Positions 61,020 to 64,000 of a stretch of 64,000 nucleotides of DNA are shown here, piece after piece. The first letter of the stretch is position 1. Each line of letters starts with the position of its first letter. A model generated the notes under the pieces. It was given only the letters and a program-made list of their open reading frames with translations, had not been told where the DNA came from and did not search any database. The position numbers were made by a program, and so were the translations under genes. The stretch comes from Eledone cirrhosa (taxonomy: Eukaryota). The stretch lies in contig OZ024750.1 of assembly GCA_964016885.1 (NCBI GenBank), positions 44,144,001 through 44,208,000 on the forward strand, in the 5' to 3' direction.

Positions 61020-61074
61020 AAAGTTTAAAATACAAAAGTTTTATATATATATATATATAAAGTTTAAAATACAA

Positions 61075-61106
<32 letters not shown>

Positions 61107-61170
61107 AAGTTTAAAATACAAACATTTTATGTATATATATATATATATATATATAAAGTTTAAAATACAA

Positions 61171-61211
<41 letters not shown>

Positions 61212-61221
61212 TAAAATACAA

Positions 61222-61291
<70 letters not shown>

Positions 61292-61304
61292 GTTTAAAAT
61301 ACAA

Positions 61305-61311
<7 letters not shown>
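61020..61311. repeat. six copies of AAGTTTAAAATACAAACATTTT separated by variable (TA)n
   Basis: Copies near 61020, 61059, 61106, 61155, 61205, 61289. Confidence 0.9.
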
Positions 61312-61367
<56 letters not shown>

Positions 61368-61550
61368 AGGAACTGAGGGGTGATTAAAAAGGGAAACAAA
61401 CAAACTAATTCAATACCAGACATTACAAATAATCCCCAACTAAAAACAAATAACAAAAATAACAAATGAAGACGAATAAAAGGAAAAAGAGAGAGATAGT
61501 GAAAGATTGAGAGAGTGAGAGAAAGAGAGAGATAGAGAGATAGATAGATA

Positions 61551-61635
<85 letters not shown>

Positions 61636-62158
61636 ACCAAAGATGGATGCTATTTGATCAATATCTTAATTTCTCGTATAGCATAAAACCTTTAAAAAAC
61701 AAATACGAAAAATTGTAAAAAAAAAAAAAATGGGATATGAAATTGTTTTGTTTTTACAGAAATATTTAGGTTCAATTATTACATATTTACAGAAAAATTA
61801 ATTATGTATTGGAATTTTAGAGATAACTATGTGTGGTTGTTTTATATATTGTATCGATCTTATACAGAATTTAGAATTCCTATTTCTCTATCTCTGTATT
61901 TCTTTGTTTCTTTGTGGTTTTCCCTTTACCGATTTTCTGTACATATATATATATATATATATATATTCAAATATATGCTGGCTAATGGGAAGTAAACTAA
62001 CGATTACCTGTTAATTAATGGATGAGTTATTGATTTATCGATAATTAATGTGTACATATAGGAATGTTTGTATGTATTCAGCTTTTCTCCGTGATCATCT
62101 TACATTTCCACCTTATATTATCTATTCTCGTCTCTCTTTTTATCTCCTATTTTCCCTG

Positions 62159-62213
<55 letters not shown>

Positions 62214-62263
62214 TGATGGTAGCTAAGATGCTTCGATTCGTTTTCTATTCTATATATATATAT

Positions 62264-62452
62264 AACGAAGGAAATGAGGTAAGGAACCAGGTGGACCATA
62301 ACACACCAAAGTACTCAATACTTAGGGTAGTAGAGTGGCTAATAGGAACCAGTAAGACCCCGACGACTGAGCTCAAGCCGTTTCGACGGCTAATTCAGTC
62401 CAGAATTAGCCGCCGATACGGCTTGAGCTCAGCCGTCGGGGTCTTACTGGTT

Positions 62453-62454
<2 letters not shown>
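62264..62454 (-). mobile_element. fold-back element family B
   Basis: Arms centred ~62398, tail on left; in (TA)n. Another copy starts at 63986 and runs off the window. Confidence 0.85.
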
Positions 62455-62494
<40 letters not shown>

Positions 62495-62532
62495 ATATTA
62501 ATAAATGGAAACTATATTTATAAAACCATAAT

Positions 62533-62598
62533 TATTTTATTATATATATTTCAAGGGCAACAAAGACAAATTATGGTGCGCTCTCATCAGATAAAATA
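62533..62598 (-). ncRNA. type I hammerhead ribozyme, family A (best copy)
   Basis: TATTTTAT-CTGATGA-GAGCGCACCA(loop)TGTTGCCCTT-GAAA-TATATATA-ATAAAATA: perfect 8-bp stem I, full core, palindromic helix III, AUA site. Confidence 0.82.
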
Positions 62599-62716
62599 CA
62601 GATTTGTTTTATAAATAAATATTGACATACCCGGAAAAAAGATAACCTTAACGGTTGAAATTCCCTGGATAGTCTTTTTTCCGGGTATGTCAATATTTAT
62701 TTATAAAACAAATCTG

Positions 62717-62782
62717 TATTTTATCTGATGAAAGCGCACCATCATTTGCCTTGGTGGCCCTTGAAATATACATAAAAAAATA
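62717..62782 (+). ncRNA. type I hammerhead ribozyme, family A
   Basis: TATTTTAT-CTGATGA-AAGCGCACCA(loop)TGGTGGCCCTT-GAAA-TATACATA-AAAAAATA. Confidence 0.75.
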
Positions 62783-62913
62783 ATTATGGTTTTATAAATA
62801 TAGTTTCCATTTATTAATATATAGAATATTTACTCCACTAATCAGTTGAGTGCTTTATATCAGTTATAAAAATGTTTAACCTTATTGAATCCCAACAAAT
62901 TAAATATAACCTC

Positions 62914-62969
<56 letters not shown>

Positions 62970-63490
62970 TAATTCACAGGAATCAAAGTTATGTTCAAAC
63001 CATTTATTAGCTTACAATTGTTTCATCCAAACCGAGGTTTGAAGTCTTCGGACCATTTTTCAATGTTTGTATACATACGTGACCTCCTTTCCAACGCAAG
63101 AGACATACAGATACATATGTATGTATTGATGCACAGTGGGGTGACATCTATTATATTATTTCTGAATGGCAATTTAAATTCAAAAATTAAAATCATATTA
63201 AAACAGAATCAAAGCAAAATTAAAATTAGAATACAACATCGGCAGTTAACGTAGATAATGCAAGATGATAGTTTGTTAGTCAGTTATAGTAGTTATTGTA
63301 TGCATTAGTTACACGTGGAGCATGCACGTGTGTCTTGTTTATATATGATTATTGTGCGGCAGGTTGTTATATGCAATACAAGCACTTTAAGCGGGTAATC
63401 AAGAGTATTATGGAGGTTGAAGTGGTAAGGTATTTTCTGTGTATGTTAAAGAAGCTTGTGTGCAGAGAAATAGTATAAATGAGAAGCAAA

Positions 63491-63678
63491 ATAATTGTTT
63501 CTACTTTAGGCACAAGGCCAGCAATTACCTAGTGCATTACTGGTACTTTATCTTATCGACCCTGTAAGGATGAAAGGCAAAGTCAACCTCGGCGGGATTT
63601 GAACTCAGATTGTAAAGGGACGTAACTATGCTGGAAAGCATGACGTCCGACCCTCCATCGATACTGCCAATCCACCGC
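63491..63678 (-). mobile_element. SINE family 1
   Basis: Near-consensus; GCAAAATAAT duplicated at both ends. Confidence 0.92.
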
Positions 63679-63784
63679 AAAATAATGTTATGGTTTTTGT
63701 ATACACCACCATTTTCACAATTGTGAAAATGGTGGTGTATACAAATTGTGAAAATGGTGGTGTATACAAATTGTAAGCTAATAA

Positions 63785-63961
63785 ATGTTGAGTTTTTCTT
63801 CAGATCTTCGCTCGTAGAGTGGGATTGGCTCAGTGCACATTCTTTCCTCACTTTAAAAAAAAATCTTCACGCACAGGCATTGCACGATAGCATTAATTGA
63901 TAATTATTAATAATGTTATATAGTGCAATGGCCATACTCGATAACGAGGGTGGCAGCCATT
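63785..63961 (+). mobile_element. shorter relative of the 44216-44553 RTE-related element
   Basis: Shares AGAGTGGGAYTGGCT..CTCACT..CTTCACG..CACAGGCATTGC head and TGGCCATACTCGATAACGAG..GGCAGCCA tail. Confidence 0.65.
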
Positions 63962-64000
63962 ATATATATATATATATATATATATAACGAAGGAGGTGTG

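Larger units (their letters stand above)
62491..62916 (+). mobile_element. fold-back element family A with hammerheads on both strands
   Basis: ~150-bp arms (62494-62643 / 62671-62822) plus ~95-nt tail; in (TA)n. Confidence 0.88.

Overview
AT-rich, microsatellite-saturated eukaryotic non-coding DNA with one 200-N gap. The SINE repertoire resembles octopod cephalopods (recalled, not searched). No host protein-coding exon or intact RNA gene can be supported. Nearly all ORF-track entries are translations of simple repeats. Recognisable content: (i) about 20 copies of one tRNA-derived SINE plus other SINEs; (ii) a young 5'-truncated R4/Dong-type non-LTR retrotransposon in a (TAA)n tract, with an uninterrupted 821-codon RT-CCHC-REL frame, and an older fragment of it; (iii) fragments of Tx1/L1, RTE, Penelope RT and Helitron; (iv) several minisatellites, two apparently born inside retroelements and one a 31-bp array of CRE sites; (v) a truncated tRNA-Arg(ACG). 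The most notable signal is about 20 short insertions in (TA)n tracts, from at least 6-7 unrelated families. They carry type I hammerhead ribozyme motifs of the Penelope-like type, complete with covarying stems or as 3' halves, mostly as fold-back palindromes. In several families the fold-back centre is ribozyme stem II itself, suggesting the ribozyme templates the palindrome.
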